The notes below the pieces were generated by a model, which worked only from the letters and a program-made list of their open reading frames with translations, made no database searches and was not told the origin of the DNA. A DNA stretch of 64,000 nucleotides from the NCBI GenBank assembly GCA_965372215.1, contig CBDVBK010000006.1, forward strand, positions 1,647 through 65,646. The letters run 5' to 3'. The position numbers and the translations under genes were made by a program. The DNA comes from an uncultured bacterium. Its GTDB lineage: Bacteria > Fermentibacterota > Fermentibacteria > Fermentibacterales > JCC-6. This document shows positions 55,322 through 64,000 of the stretch, piece by piece (position 1 is the first letter of the stretch; each line of letters begins with the position of its first letter).

Positions 55322-55607
55322 CTCCGCATGTATCAGGTTGTAATTCCACAATCGAAAAATGTTCAAGTGGAATTGGAACCATACCCAGATCTGCACCGAT
55401 ATCTTCAAGTCTTTCAGGATTAAGAAGCGATGCCTTTTCAACAAGCAGTTCGTCTCTTCTCCATCGCAGCTGGCGTCTGATTTCAGTAAGATTCTTATGC
55501 CTCATTGAAAGAAGAAGTCTCCAGTTATAAATTCCTGCTTCAAGAACAATCAGAAGAATAAAACCACTTGCAATAACGATCAGAATCCTGCGGAAATTCT
55601 TCTTCAT
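55293..55607 (-). CDS. ftsL: Cell division protein FtsL-like
   Basis: 104 aa: basic N-terminus, a single TM (ILIVIASGFILLIVL), then a coiled-coil-like segment. Position between rsmH and ftsI. Confidence 0.7.
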   Translation of the reverse strand: MKKNFRRILIVIASGFILLIVLEAGIYNWRLLLSMRHKNLTEIRRQLRWRRDELLVEKASLLNPERLEDIGADLGMVPIPLEHFSIVELQPDTCGGELFVCMEQ

Positions 55608-56521
55608 AATCGAATTCCCATACGTAATCTTGCAGATCTTGCGCGAGGGTTTTCGCGGCGCTCATTTTCATCGGGAACAATCCAAACGGGTGAGAATTGA
55701 CTGTAGTATCCGGAATCCCTGAAAAGCAATTTTATCTTTCGGTCCTCTAATGAATGAAAAGTAATAAAGGCGATACGCGCTCCGGATTCAGTCCAGGTGT
55801 GGAGATTGTCCAGAAGATTGTCCAGCTGTTCGAGTTCTCTGTTAACAGCTATTCTCAGAGCCTGGAAAACCCTTGAAAGAACCTTGACAGGATTTCCGCG
55901 TACGCTTCCGCGAATTATCAAAGCCAGTTCCTGAGTCGAGTGAACAGGCCTCTCTCTTACTATGGCTTTCGCGATTCGCCTGCTTCTTCCTTCCTCTCCG
56001 TAATTGTAGATGATATCAGCTATTTCACGCTCAGAGGATTTGTTCAGTATCTCATCAACAGTATCACCTGAGGATCCGTCGAACCGCATATCCAGAGGCC
56101 CATCTAATCTGTATGAGAACCCTCTAGATGAATCATCCAGTTGAATGGAAGAAAGCCCGAGGTCGAATAGAGCACCGGACGCGTATGTAAAACCCATTTC
56201 ATTCATAATAGCCGGTATCTCCGTATAGCTGGCCTGTCTGACCGTTATGCAGGAATCCTGATTGAATCTGCCTCTGAGTATTGATATTGCCACAGGATCA
56301 CGATCCACTCCAAGCAGACTCATTTTCGGTAATGCTTCTGCCATAGCAGCCATGTGACCACCTGCACCGGCCGTTCCATCCACGAGCAGTCCTTCTGTTT
56401 TCCCGCCAGAGAGAAAACTGATTACACTATCGAGTAAAACCGGAATGTGCGTTCTTATCTCATCCCAGCGGACATGATCGGAGCTGTACAGGTGGCTTCG
56501 GGCAGGCCTGTCTGCGCACAT
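55604..56521 (-). CDS. rsmH: 16S rRNA (cytosine1402-N4)-methyltransferase
   Basis: HIPVLL, VDGTAGAGGH, DLGLSS.QLD and FHSLEDR motifs. Confidence 0.95.
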   Translation of the reverse strand: MCADRPARSHLYSSDHVRWDEIRTHIPVLLDSVISFLSGGKTEGLLVDGTAGAGGHMAAMAEALPKMSLLGVDRDPVAISILRGRFNQDSCITVRQASYTEIPAIMNEMGFTYASGALFDLGLSSIQLDDSSRGFSYRLDGPLDMRFDGSSGDTVDEILNKSSEREIADIIYNYGEEGRSRRIAKAIVRERPVHSTQELALIIRGSVRGNPVKVLSRVFQALRIAVNRELEQLDNLLDNLHTWTESGARIAFITFHSLEDRKIKLLFRDSGYYSQFSPVWIVPDENERRENPRARSARLRMGIRL

Positions 56522-56558
56522 TGAAACCGACCTCCTGGTTCAAGGGAGTGATTCCAAC

Positions 56559-56999
56559 TCAGTAAATGTCTATCTCAATCTCCTCAACTGCTTCTTCCAG
56601 AGAGGATACTTGCTCCTTTTCCCTTCCAGCATAGCGTTGGGCAGACCAGAGTTCAATCGAATCAAGCAAACCCAGGAACACTACTTCGTGAGTTACTCCG
56701 GCAATATCAATTAGATCTGACGGAATTGTTATTCGTCCCTGGCCATCGATATAAACCGGTCTGATATACTGCGAGAATTCACGGATTATATCTCTGTGCT
56801 TTTTGATGTTTCGTGAAAGGGATGCAAGTCCCTCCCTGACCTTCTGCCATTTCGCAGGCGGGTAAAGGATCAGGCTTCCTTCCATACCCTTCCCGATGTA
56901 AAGACCTTCCTTGGGTAATTGCCTGCGGAACTGTGCCGGAACGCTTACCCTGCCCTTGTCATCAAGAGTATGTATATGCTTCCCTGTGTATTCGCTCAT
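56559..56999 (-). CDS. mraZ: Transcriptional regulator MraZ
   Basis: Two SpoVT/AbrB-like halves (LDDKGRVSVPAQFR and IDGQGRITIPSDL). First gene of the dcw cluster. Confidence 0.9.
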   Translation of the reverse strand: MSEYTGKHIHTLDDKGRVSVPAQFRRQLPKEGLYIGKGMEGSLILYPPAKWQKVREGLASLSRNIKKHRDIIREFSQYIRPVYIDGQGRITIPSDLIDIAGVTHEVVFLGLLDSIELWSAQRYAGREKEQVSSLEEAVEEIEIDIY

Positions 57000-57022
57000 A
57001 AGTTATCCTCCAGCTCAATTCT

Positions 57023-57070
57023 ATCCCACAATATCCCACCGTCAACCCATCCTATGGGATAGCATCCCAC
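57023..57070 (-). promoter_or_regulatory. Candidate MraZ operator: phased GTGGGAT boxes upstream of mraZ
   Basis: On the mraZ strand: GTGGGAT at 57070-57064, 57039-57033 and 57029-57023, plus GATGGGT at 57051-57045. The TGGG cores are spaced 10, 11 and 20 bp apart and lie 24-70 nt upstream of the ATG. Confidence 0.55.
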
Positions 57071-57256
57071 CAGGATAAAAGTACATTTCTGCATGAACGC
57101 TATTAGTTATTGATTGATATGATATTACGCTATCAGATAGATACGCTGAGACAGCTGGAACTGCGACTTCATATAAGGGGAAGATTCAGCAAATCAATAT
57201 TGGCGGACTATGAAACGGCTGATTTGTGGGATAACCCATAGAGAATTACTTACAGA

Positions 57257-59509
57257 TTAGTCAGTTGATCCTGTGTGTTTCTTTCTGGAAAAGCCTGGAA
57301 TTCGGCGCTTCATTCTTTTCCTGGTATCATCGTCATAGTCATAGTAATAATGGTATCTGTAAGTGTAATAAGTATAGGAAGTGTACATCTTCACAGGATC
57401 GAAACCGTTAAGCACAGCGCCTGCAAGGTATGCTGATGTGCGTTTCAATTTCATCCAGGATGATTCGAGAACCTTACGATCGATTTTCTTTGCGCCTACA
57501 ACCATGAGAGTACCGTCAACTTCTGTACTTAGCAGTATGGCATCCGTAACGACCGCAACAGGAGGACTGTCCAGAATAATCATATCAAAGGATTTCTTGA
57601 GCTCTGAAAGCAGTCTTCTGCATTTTCTGCTTCCGAGAAGTTCGGAAGGATTATGCGGAATGTAACCACATGTGAGAACGGAGAGGTTATCAATCGCAGT
57701 TTTCTGTATCGCGTCCTCAACAGGCGTGATTCCGGCGATTGCTTCGGAAATCCCGGGTTCTCTTGAAAGATTGAAAATAGTATGGATCACCGGACGCCTG
57801 AGATCAGCGTCGATCAGCAGAATCTTCGAACCGGTCTGTGCAATTGCGATTGCCAGATTCCCCGCAGTCGTTGATTTCCCCTCTCTCGGACCGGCACTTG
57901 TCACAAGAAGAGAATGGACATTCCTGTCGGCTCCGCTGAAACGGAGACTCGTCCTTAGATCTCTGTAGGCTTCACTTGCGGCCTGCCTTGGAGATGTAAT
58001 CATTATCAGTCCCTGTTTTCCACTCCGTGTTGTAGTTTCGGATCGGGATATCTTCGGTATTACACCAACTACCGGAATATCAAGATTCTCAATATCCTCC
58101 GGGCTTTTTACGGATGTATCAAGTTGCTCCTTCAGGAAAATGAAACCAATGCCAGCTGCGAGCCCCGCAAAAATACCCAGCATAAGGTTACGTCTTCTGT
58201 TCGGTTTAATCATGCCTCCCGGCAGAGCCGTATCCACAATGGTCACGTTACCCATCTGACCGGCCTCAGCTATTCTCACCTCCTCATACTTCGTGCGGAG
58301 AAGAAGATATATCTGTTCGCTTACGGTTCTGTTTCGCTCAAGCCTGACAAGGGTAAGCTCCAGCTCGGGCAGCACTGAGATACTGTCTTCCAGATCACGG
58401 ATCACACTGCGCAGAACGGATTCCTTGATTCTCTCTGCTCTCAGTTGTGATTCTATTGAAATCAGATCCGATACTATTCTCTGTACAGAACCGGCCGGAT
58501 CATCCGGGAATTGAATGTATGCAGCTTCTCCCAGAGCCTGCATCAGGGCGGTTCTCCTTGCGGCTATTTCATTATCGAGATTCTGTACTACAGCATCATC
58601 CTCGGTACCCCCCCTGGCCATAAGAGAAGCACGGGAAGCCTCAAGCGAAGCCAGATCACTTTCCAGCTGAGAAATGAAAACACTGTTCACCCTTGCAAGA
58701 TCATCTGCAAGTTTAAATCTTCCTGTCTCAAGCTGATCCTCAAAATAATCCCTCTGTGCCTGAAGACCTCCCTGTTCGGTTCGAGATATGGCAGCTGAAG
58801 TCTCAAACGAGGACAGACTGCTGACAATATGAGCAGTTTCCGAACTCAGACTGACAATGCCGTGTTCTTCCTTGAATCTTGTCAGAGAATCCTCATCACT
58901 GGCCAGATCAACGTCCATGATAGCAAGCTGCTCTGCCAGGAATTCCCTGACCATTGTATTCTCTCCGCGGGCTTCGTTCAGGTTTCTTCTGTAGTAAGTA
59001 TGCACTATGAGATTTGCCATTGTTGCCGCTGCTGCAGGGGAATAACCAATAGAGGAAAGCACGAAGAAGTCGGTATCCTTCATAACGCTGACTGAACTGC
59101 TTCCTCGCACCATACCTATGAGTGCTGATCTAAGGTTGCTTTGAGGGGGATCAAACTCTCCAAAAAGAAGTGATACGAGGCTGTCAGAATAAGCAGAACG
59201 CATGATTGAATCAGCAACCAGCTCCGCCATGCTTCGGCTCTGAATGATCTGAATCTGATTGTTGCGCATGGGATCCATTTCGTACCAGAAAACGCTTGAC
59301 ATATTCAGAGTCTGAGACATCGTGTTACGTGTATTGAAAATGAATGTAGCGCTTGATCTGTATACAGGCCTTGTTCTTTGAGTAACCCAGATACTTGCCA
59401 GCACAGATACGATCAGGAAAGCCAGTACAATCCATTTATGACGGTAGAGCAGCCAGAGATACTCACCTATTCTTATCGATTCCCGTTCGTCTGCTATTTC
59501 TGTATTCAT
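57257..59509 (-). CDS. Polysaccharide co-polymerase / tyrosine autokinase (Wzc/GumC-like)
   Basis: N-terminal Wzz-like domain with two TM segments and a coiled coil. C-terminal kinase with Walker A SAGPREGKST. Tyr-rich tail YTSYTYYTYRYHYYYDYDDD. Confidence 0.85.
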   Translation of the reverse strand: MNTEIADERESIRIGEYLWLLYRHKWIVLAFLIVSVLASIWVTQRTRPVYRSSATFIFNTRNTMSQTLNMSSVFWYEMDPMRNNQIQIIQSRSMAELVADSIMRSAYSDSLVSLLFGEFDPPQSNLRSALIGMVRGSSSVSVMKDTDFFVLSSIGYSPAAAATMANLIVHTYYRRNLNEARGENTMVREFLAEQLAIMDVDLASDEDSLTRFKEEHGIVSLSSETAHIVSSLSSFETSAAISRTEQGGLQAQRDYFEDQLETGRFKLADDLARVNSVFISQLESDLASLEASRASLMARGGTEDDAVVQNLDNEIAARRTALMQALGEAAYIQFPDDPAGSVQRIVSDLISIESQLRAERIKESVLRSVIRDLEDSISVLPELELTLVRLERNRTVSEQIYLLLRTKYEEVRIAEAGQMGNVTIVDTALPGGMIKPNRRRNLMLGIFAGLAAGIGFIFLKEQLDTSVKSPEDIENLDIPVVGVIPKISRSETTTRSGKQGLIMITSPRQAASEAYRDLRTSLRFSGADRNVHSLLVTSAGPREGKSTTAGNLAIAIAQTGSKILLIDADLRRPVIHTIFNLSREPGISEAIAGITPVEDAIQKTAIDNLSVLTCGYIPHNPSELLGSRKCRRLLSELKKSFDMIILDSPPVAVVTDAILLSTEVDGTLMVVGAKKIDRKVLESSWMKLKRTSAYLAGAVLNGFDPVKMYTSYTYYTYRYHYYYDYDDDTRKRMKRRIPGFSRKKHTGSTD

Positions 59510-59934
59510 CTGTCAATTATTATCCATATAAGGTTTATAGCAACAACAATTTTGTAAGTAAAATCGATAGCTTCTTTCCACCATTCGTAGCTCCGTGTGC
59601 GAAGATAGATCGTGGCTCCGGGATGAAGATCAGGTACCGGGTCTCCCTCAGCATCAAGAAAATTGTGCAGATCGTACTCTATTTCAAAGTCTTCGTAAAC
59701 TATACTCACGTCACCCAGACTGGCCTGCTGCGTAGGTCCGCCTGCGGCGGATATGCCGGCAATCAAATCAGCTTCAACCGGAACAAGATAAGTACCGGGA
59801 CTTCTAACCTCACCCCAGACATGAATACTCATGAGAATCTCGTCGGTTTCCACTCCCGGAACGGTATAGCCTTCCAGACCGGAAGCAGATATGATGAACA
59901 CAGTAAGAATCAGCAGTACTGAAGCAATTTTCAT
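59506..59934 (-). CDS. Polysaccharide export protein (short Wza-like)
   Basis: Signal peptide; VWGEVRSPGTYLVP...DLIAGISAAGGPT Poly_export-type motif. Confidence 0.65.
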   Translation of the reverse strand: MKIASVLLILTVFIISASGLEGYTVPGVETDEILMSIHVWGEVRSPGTYLVPVEADLIAGISAAGGPTQQASLGDVSIVYEDFEIEYDLHNFLDAEGDPVPDLHPGATIYLRTRSYEWWKEAIDFTYKIVVAINLIWIIIDR

Positions 59935-61244
59935 GCTTTGACCACTTTCTCCATTCCTTTCGATATACCAGCGCAGGCATTCCTGGTATCAATTACCAGT
60001 GAGGAGCAATCGACGATCCACTGGTAATCGTAACAGGAATGATTGGTAATGACAACAGCGCAATCGTATTTACGAAGACTCTCTTCTGTCAACTCAATCG
60101 ATACAGGTCTTCTATGAGTCTGTCTGGTGGCTCCGATCCGCGTGACATAAGGATCGTTGTAATCCACACTCGCGCCAAGCTCAAGGAGTCCATCCATGAC
60201 CTTGAGCGCGGGAGTCTCTCTAATATCATCGATATCAGGTTTGTAAGCCATTCCAAGAATAAGAATCCTGCTTCCGTTTACACTTTTCTGTCTACAGTTC
60301 AATGACCGTGATATTATTGATACGACATAATCAGGCATAGCAGTATTTATCTCTCCCGCCAGTTCTATGAACCGGGTGGGCATTCCAAATTGATGAGCCT
60401 TCCATGTAAGATAGAATGGATCGATAGGGATACAGTGGCCGCCAAGTCCAGGGCCGGGATAGAACGGTGTATAACCAAAGGGTTTTGTCGATGCGGCTTC
60501 AATCACTTCCCATATATCCACATTCATTCTGGAAGCCAGCATCTTGAGTTCATTCACAAGAGCGATATTGACTGCTCTATAGGTGTTTTCCGTGATTTTT
60601 GCCATCTCAGCAACCTCAGGAGAACTGACGATGACAACTTTATCAACGGCGTATGAATAAACCGTTTCAGCTGCTTCAGCTCCGTCAGGAGTCAGTGCGC
60701 CAACAAGCTTCGGGATAGTTCTGGTTGTGTATATCTTGTTGCCCGGATCCTCTCTTTCAGGTGAAAAGGCCACAAAAAAGTCCTCTCCAGCTTTCAGACC
60801 GGTCTCTTCAAGAATTGGTACAAGTTTCTCACGAGTAGTTCCTGGATATGTTGTGGATTCAAGAACTATCAGTTGACCGGGCTGAACATATGCAGCAACT
60901 TCTTTTCCGGTCATGGTTACATAACTCAGATCCGGTTCTCTGGATTCTCCAAGCGGAGTTGGAACACAGATAATAATCGCATCAGCATCCTTCATGCCCG
61001 AATATTCAGTAGTACAATTCAGTCTGCCCGTTTTAACCGCTTCGGCTATTCGCTCAGAAGGGACTGTTTTAAGATAACTTTTCCCCTCTTTGATCAAGCG
61101 GGGTTTATCAGGATCAATATCGATACCGGTGACACTGCATCCCCCTTTTACGAATTCAAGTGCAAGTGGAAGGCCAACGTATCCAAGACCGATAATCGCA
61201 ATAGAAGGGTACTCATGATCTTTCATTCTGTCAGCGAATTTCAT
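59931..61244 (-). CDS. Nucleotide-sugar dehydrogenase (UDP-N-acetyl-hexosamine dehydrogenase-like)
   Basis: IAIIGLGYVGLPLALEF Rossmann motif and catalytic GGHCIPIDP. Substrate not assignable from sequence. Confidence 0.8.
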   Translation of the reverse strand: MKFADRMKDHEYPSIAIIGLGYVGLPLALEFVKGGCSVTGIDIDPDKPRLIKEGKSYLKTVPSERIAEAVKTGRLNCTTEYSGMKDADAIIICVPTPLGESREPDLSYVTMTGKEVAAYVQPGQLIVLESTTYPGTTREKLVPILEETGLKAGEDFFVAFSPEREDPGNKIYTTRTIPKLVGALTPDGAEAAETVYSYAVDKVVIVSSPEVAEMAKITENTYRAVNIALVNELKMLASRMNVDIWEVIEAASTKPFGYTPFYPGPGLGGHCIPIDPFYLTWKAHQFGMPTRFIELAGEINTAMPDYVVSIISRSLNCRQKSVNGSRILILGMAYKPDIDDIRETPALKVMDGLLELGASVDYNDPYVTRIGATRQTHRRPVSIELTEESLRKYDCAVVITNHSCYDYQWIVDCSSLVIDTRNACAGISKGMEKVVKA

Positions 61245-62545
61245 ACTTTTCTCCCGATTCCGTAGTAGGAAAATCCCAGATCAATTAATTTTGCCGGATT
61301 ATAAACATTCCTGCCATCAAATATAACCGGCTGGTTCATTATCTTCTTCATTCGCTGGAAATCAGGTTCTCTGAATTCAGTCCATTCTGTTACAAGAACC
61401 AATGCATCAGCTCCTGTTACAGCATCATATGTAGAAGATGCGAATTTAATAGAGTCACCAAGAATCCGTGCCGCGTTTTTCATTGCCTGAGGATCGTATG
61501 CGACAATACTCGCTCCCTTTTCAAGCAGACCTTGAATTACTTTAAGAGCAGGGGCATCGCGGATATCATCGGTATTTGGTTTAAAGGAGATTCCCCATAT
61601 CCCTATAGTCAATCCGGAAAGATCCTCCCCGAAATGATCGACAACTTTGCGGACAAGTAACTTTTTCTGAGCCTGATTTACTTCTGTTACCGCTTTGAGA
61701 ACCTTCAATACATGACCATGCTCAATTGCCGTTTTCTGCAACGCGCGAATGTCTTTCGGAAAGCAGGACCCACCAAATCCAGCACCGGGAAAAAGGAAAC
61801 TGTAACCTATTCGGGTATCTGATCCGATACCAATCCTGATATCGTGAACATCCGCTCCTACTGTTTCACACATGTTGGCAATTTCGTTCATGAAGGAAAT
61901 CCTTGTTGCCAGAAGACTGTTTGCCACGTATTTTGTCATCTCCGCGCTTCTGTTACTCATGATAAGAATGGGATTGTTCGTTCTGACAAAGGGAGAGTAC
62001 AGCTCACGCATTGTCTCAGCCACGGAATCAGAATCCGTACCGATAACCACGCGGTCAGGTTTCATGAAATCGTCAATCGCAGAACCCTCCTTGAGGAATT
62101 CAGGATTGCTTACAATGCTGACTTCATGGGTGGTATTTTTCTGAATCAGTTCCTTCACAATATCTCCGGTACCGACTGGAACCGTACTCTTGTTTACAAC
62201 AATTTTAGGCCCATCCATATGTTCTGCAATATCCGAAGCAACAGCCAGTACATGCTGGAGATCCGCGGATCCATCTTCTCCGGGGGGTGTACCCACCGCA
62301 ATGAAGATTATTGAGCTTTTTCTTACTGCAGGTCCTATATCAGTCGTGAAGGTAAGCCGATTCTCAGCAGTATTGCGTTTTATCATCTCTTCAAGACCGG
62401 GTTCATAAATTGGGATTATGTTATTATTAAGATCCTTGATCTTTTTCTCGTCCTTATCGACACAGATCACATCGTTTCCCATCTCGGAAAGACAGGTGGC
62501 TGCAACCAGCCCGACGTAACCGCTTCCTACTACCGCAATATGCAT
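61241..62545 (-). CDS. ugd: UDP-glucose 6-dehydrogenase
   Basis: MHIAVVGSGYVGLV..., GFGGSCFPKD catalytic Cys, 434 aa. Confidence 0.85.
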   Translation of the reverse strand: MHIAVVGSGYVGLVAATCLSEMGNDVICVDKDEKKIKDLNNNIIPIYEPGLEEMIKRNTAENRLTFTTDIGPAVRKSSIIFIAVGTPPGEDGSADLQHVLAVASDIAEHMDGPKIVVNKSTVPVGTGDIVKELIQKNTTHEVSIVSNPEFLKEGSAIDDFMKPDRVVIGTDSDSVAETMRELYSPFVRTNNPILIMSNRSAEMTKYVANSLLATRISFMNEIANMCETVGADVHDIRIGIGSDTRIGYSFLFPGAGFGGSCFPKDIRALQKTAIEHGHVLKVLKAVTEVNQAQKKLLVRKVVDHFGEDLSGLTIGIWGISFKPNTDDIRDAPALKVIQGLLEKGASIVAYDPQAMKNAARILGDSIKFASSTYDAVTGADALVLVTEWTEFREPDFQRMKKIMNQPVIFDGRNVYNPAKLIDLGFSYYGIGRKV

Positions 62546-62613
62546 ACTACCTCCAGATCGTTATATATAATGGGAAGCATAAGAAGAACATTGATTATTG
62601 TAAACTACTGCAA

Positions 62614-64000
62614 CTAACTTGTGAAATATCTCCTGTCGCTCTTTCGAACGGTCCATCCTCTACTATCGAAGAATTCTCCCCATTGCAGTGCCACCTTCCT
62701 GGATACACCAAGGAAATCCCTGAGTTCAGCAAGGGTGAATCCGTCTTCACCGAATGCTTCAATTACTTTTTCCTGAACAGATTCCGCCTTTTCCACAGAA
62801 ATAAGGATTCCCTTTGTCAGTTCAAAGAGTATCTCCCGTTCAATCAATGAATTTGCCAGACCATCATTACCGGAATCGGTGATTGATGAACCCTGAATCC
62901 CTCCGAAATCCACTTTCCGGATAATCTGATCTACCTGAACGGAAAATTCCCGGGGAATTTCCTCTCCATATGCGCAAAGAGCAAACCATTCCTTTCGACG
63001 TTCGATTATTCTACTTTTGGTCAGATTCTCAACAATTGACCTGACGAACCATTGAGGATATCCGGAAAGCATTCTGCCTGGAGCCGACAGATGTATACCA
63101 GGACTTACGGGAAAGGTTTCATGATGCTCCTGAATGCTGGAAACAACCGTTTTTCCTGCCTTATCAACCAACTGCGAATCAACTGCTCTGTGAGTAGTTC
63201 CATCCTTCATCAATTCAACAATTCCCTGTTCCTGAAGTTCAGCAAAAGCTGCCTGAATCTCTCCAGGAGGATAACCTGTCACAGCGGAAGCCTCACCCGC
63301 GGAAACACCGTCGAATCCGGCGTGCTGCACCATCTCTTCAAGTACAACGGAAATATCCCCGGATGCAAGTACTTCCAGGTGAGATATCCTTTCCCGGATA
63401 TGTTTTTTTCTTACTTTTCCTGTTCCGGCTTCGAGAACGATTCCTCCGCCAATCGTAATTACCGGGGAGTAATTCCTTATGACGAATCTGTCACCCGGAA
63501 GAGCTACAACCTGAGATTCGAGCTGAAAATGCACAAATCCTGTAGATCCCGGATGTATCACATCGGTCTCCACAGGAACAGCACGCGCCATGATCTCGGC
63601 AGTGCCGGTATGCATCCTTACCCTCTGGTACCTTTTAAGGGGTTTTGCCGATTTCAGCAAAGTCAAATTTGTATCAAGGCTGTTCTTCACCTGCAGAAAA
63701 CCCGGTTCAGCAACACAGGAACCATATGATACATCTTCCCGCTGAAGACCAACCAGATTAAGAGCGATCCTGTCACCTGCTGTTCCGGACTGCACTTCTT
63801 TATTTGCATTCACTCGCATCTCTCGCACACGGTAAGTATTGCCTCCGGGTTGAAGTTCAAGCTTATCTCCAATTTCAACCCTGCCCGAAACCGCTGTGCC
63901 TCCTATGATCGTGCCAAATCCTTCAAGAATGAAAATCCTGTCAATGTCCAGTCTGAATTTTGTACCTGTCTGCCGCTGACCGATCTCCTCTTTCATCCGG
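62614..64000 (-). CDS. selB: Selenocysteine-specific elongation factor SelB (N-terminal GTPase domain outside the window)
   Basis: FRLDIDRIFILEGFGTIIGGT...GD.LELQP...RVREM... is the domain II pattern of SelB, followed by a long winged-helix C-terminal extension. The frame is open to the window edge. Confidence 0.8.
   Translation of the reverse strand, partial: RMKEEIGQRQTGTKFRLDIDRIFILEGFGTIIGGTAVSGRVEIGDKLELQPGGNTYRVREMRVNANKEVQSGTAGDRIALNLVGLQREDVSYGSCVAEPGFLQVKNSLDTNLTLLKSAKPLKRYQRVRMHTGTAEIMARAVPVETDVIHPGSTGFVHFQLESQVVALPGDRFVIRNYSPVITIGGGIVLEAGTGKVRKKHIRERISHLEVLASGDISVVLEEMVQHAGFDGVSAGEASAVTGYPPGEIQAAFAELQEQGIVELMKDGTTHRAVDSQLVDKAGKTVVSSIQEHHETFPVSPGIHLSAPGRMLSGYPQWFVRSIVENLTKSRIIERRKEWFALCAYGEEIPREFSVQVDQIIRKVDFGGIQGSSITDSGNDGLANSLIEREILFELTKGILISVEKAESVQEKVIEAFGEDGFTLAELRDFLGVSRKVALQWGEFFDSRGWTVRKSDRRYFTS

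Noticed and set aside
53591-55444. Full-length 617-aa ftsI ORF starting at 55444
   Set aside because: It would overlap ftsL by about 150 nt and add a Trp/Phe-rich N-terminus with no counterpart in PBPs. A downstream start (GTG 55321 or ATG 55258), just before the RRSAR-TM segment, is more plausible.

Overview
This 64 kb window looks like a chromosomal segment of an uncultivated anaerobic bacterium. A gingipain-like protein carrying a T9SS-type C-terminal sorting domain suggests the FCB-superphylum (inference). About 55 genes are densely packed. Right half: a complete minus-strand dcw cluster (mraZ-rsmH-ftsL-ftsI-murE-murF-mraY-murD-ftsW-murG-murC-ftsQ-ftsA-ftsZ) with no murB or ddl, followed by a large radical-SAM gene. 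Upstream of it lie an exopolysaccharide module (Wzc-like kinase, Wza-like exporter, two nucleotide-sugar dehydrogenases) and a 5'-truncated selB. Middle: housekeeping genes (asnS, pyruvate:ferredoxin oxidoreductase, rpmB, tmRNA, RNase HIII), a hybrid histidine kinase, and a membrane-anchored AmmeMemoRadiSam-type radical-SAM enzyme next to a fused membrane/spermidine-synthase-like protein. A 1.13 kb element with perfect 26-bp inverted repeats, encoding a Y1 (HUH) transposase-HTH fusion, sits between the PFOR stop codon and the tmRNA 3' end. Left 13 kb, the most unusual part: a twelve-gene, almost entirely overlap-coupled minus-strand operon. It encodes a cytoplasmic molybdopterin oxidoreductase with a fused ferredoxin tail, a sugar-phosphate isomerase-type TIM barrel, three tandem SPASM radical-SAM enzymes, a B12-binding radical-SAM enzyme, two SAM methyltransferases, two nucleotidyltransferases, a CDP-alcohol phosphatidyltransferase and a secreted FG-GAP protein. 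No precursor peptide is visible and I cannot assign a product; it is my top candidate for an undescribed biosynthetic system. All family calls rest on motif recognition in the supplied translations; no database search was run.
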